In this document: positions 63,390 to 64,000 of the stretch, piece after piece
Layout: the number at the start of each line of letters is the position of its first letter
How positions within the stretch are numbered: the stretch's first letter is position 1
NCBI GenBank assembly: GCA_000091205.1
Contig: AP006491.2
Length of the DNA stretch: 64,000 nt
Direction: 5' to 3' (one strand)
Source: Cyanidioschyzon merolae
Taxonomy: Eukaryota
Position numbers and translations under genes: made by a program
Notes under the pieces: generated by a model
The model's database searches: none
What the model saw: only the letters and a program-made list of their open reading frames with translations
Told to the model about the DNA's origin: nothing

Positions 63390-63824
63390 CTACGAACGCA
63401 TGATGGCAAGCGCGCGTTTCGCTTCCTCCACATGGGAGAGAAAGTCCATCTGACTGTTGTGCACCTTCACAACCTTACCCTCCTTGTCAATGACGTAGGT
63501 TACTCTCCCTGGTAAAACACCTAACGTATTCGGAACGCCGTAGAGCTTGCGCACCTTGCCGCCAACATCTGCAAGCAGACGAAAGCGATATCCCTGTGCC
63601 TCGGAGAAGCGCTTCTGCTCCTCTACAGTGTTCGAGCTGATGCCCAGCACCACAGCGTCTACGGACTCGAAAGCGGCGAGATCATCTCGAAAGGCGCAAA
63701 GCTCTTTCGTGCAACCGGGACTCGACGCTGCCGGATAGAAGGCCAGTACCACGGGTTTACCACGCAGCTTGGACAGGGTCACTGCTTCTCCATTCTGATC
63801 AAGCAGCGTAAAGTCCGGCGCCAT
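63390..63824 (-). CDS. PRXQ: Peroxiredoxin Q / bacterioferritin comigratory protein (BCP)-type thiol peroxidase; reading frame stays open upstream to the window edge
   Basis: MAPDFTLLDQNGEAVTLSKLRGKPVVLAFYPAASSPGCTKELCAFRDDL carries the PrxQ/BCP active-site PGCT..C. The frame upstream of this Met has no stop for at least 58 further codons to position 64000 (...RSLFTLRSAGVTEGS-MAPDF). The true start and any targeting peptide may lie beyond the window. Confidence 0.8.
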   Translation of the reverse strand: MAPDFTLLDQNGEAVTLSKLRGKPVVLAFYPAASSPGCTKELCAFRDDLAAFESVDAVVLGISSNTVEEQKRFSEAQGYRFRLLADVGGKVRKLYGVPNTLGVLPGRVTYVIDKEGKVVKVHNSQMDFLSHVEEAKRALAIMRS

Positions 63825-64000
63825 AGAACCCTCCGTGACTCCAGCACTCCGCAGCGTGAAGAGCGAACGTCGAGCAGCGGCACCGTGGGAGCGTTTAACA
63901 GTCAGCAGGGCTGCTTGTCTTCCGTACCGAACTCGAGCGGGTACAGCCTGCTCGAATCCCTGGCTCGGGTAAGCTTGTGCTTGCCTTGCACCAGCCCTGA

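Noticed and set aside
1-64000. Prokaryotic or organellar interpretation (operons, Shine-Dalgarno sites, rRNA/tRNA search)
   Set aside because: The gene content is unmistakably eukaryotic-nuclear: kinetochore proteins, CDC14, EFL1, DMXL/Rav1, and a nuclear-encoded complex-I PSST subunit with a presequence. No rRNA or tRNA genes were found.

Overview
This window reads as GC-rich, intron-poor nuclear DNA from a eukaryote (protist or alga-like; lineage not determinable from sequence alone). Every recognisable gene lies in a single uninterrupted ORF, and genes sit on both strands with short intergenic spacers. Fifteen protein-coding genes can be assigned from conserved motifs: SHMT, CDC14 phosphatase, methionyl-tRNA synthetase, NDUFS7/PSST, a CBM20+GDPD (GPCPD1-like) phosphodiesterase, the EFL1 GTPase, a run of three kinetochore/checkpoint genes (SKA1, SPC25, MAD1-like), a very large Rav1/DMXL (rabconnectin-3-like) WD40 protein split across two abutting ORFs, homogentisate 1,2-dioxygenase, a DIS3L2-type RNase II exoribonuclease, a CDCA7-like zf-4CXXC_R1 protein, phytochelatin synthase, and a PrxQ/BCP peroxiredoxin. 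Between the genes is a nest of decayed mobile elements. The most interesting is a dispersed repeat family with at least six copies in both orientations. Its best-preserved copies carry a CxxC...C(x)4C zinc-finger-like block followed by an RDxxAAxN(I/V) string. That combination is the hallmark of the RuvC-III/Zn-ribbon end of TnpB/Fanzor (OMEGA-type) RNA-guided nucleases. Most copies sit directly 5' of housekeeping genes. Other relics are a LINE-like reverse-transcriptase fragment and a Tc1/mariner-like HTH fragment. There are also two long minisatellites, several microsatellites and coding trinucleotide tracts, and a 58-nt motif present twice at 55/58 identity. No rRNA or tRNA gene and no CRISPR array could be supported.
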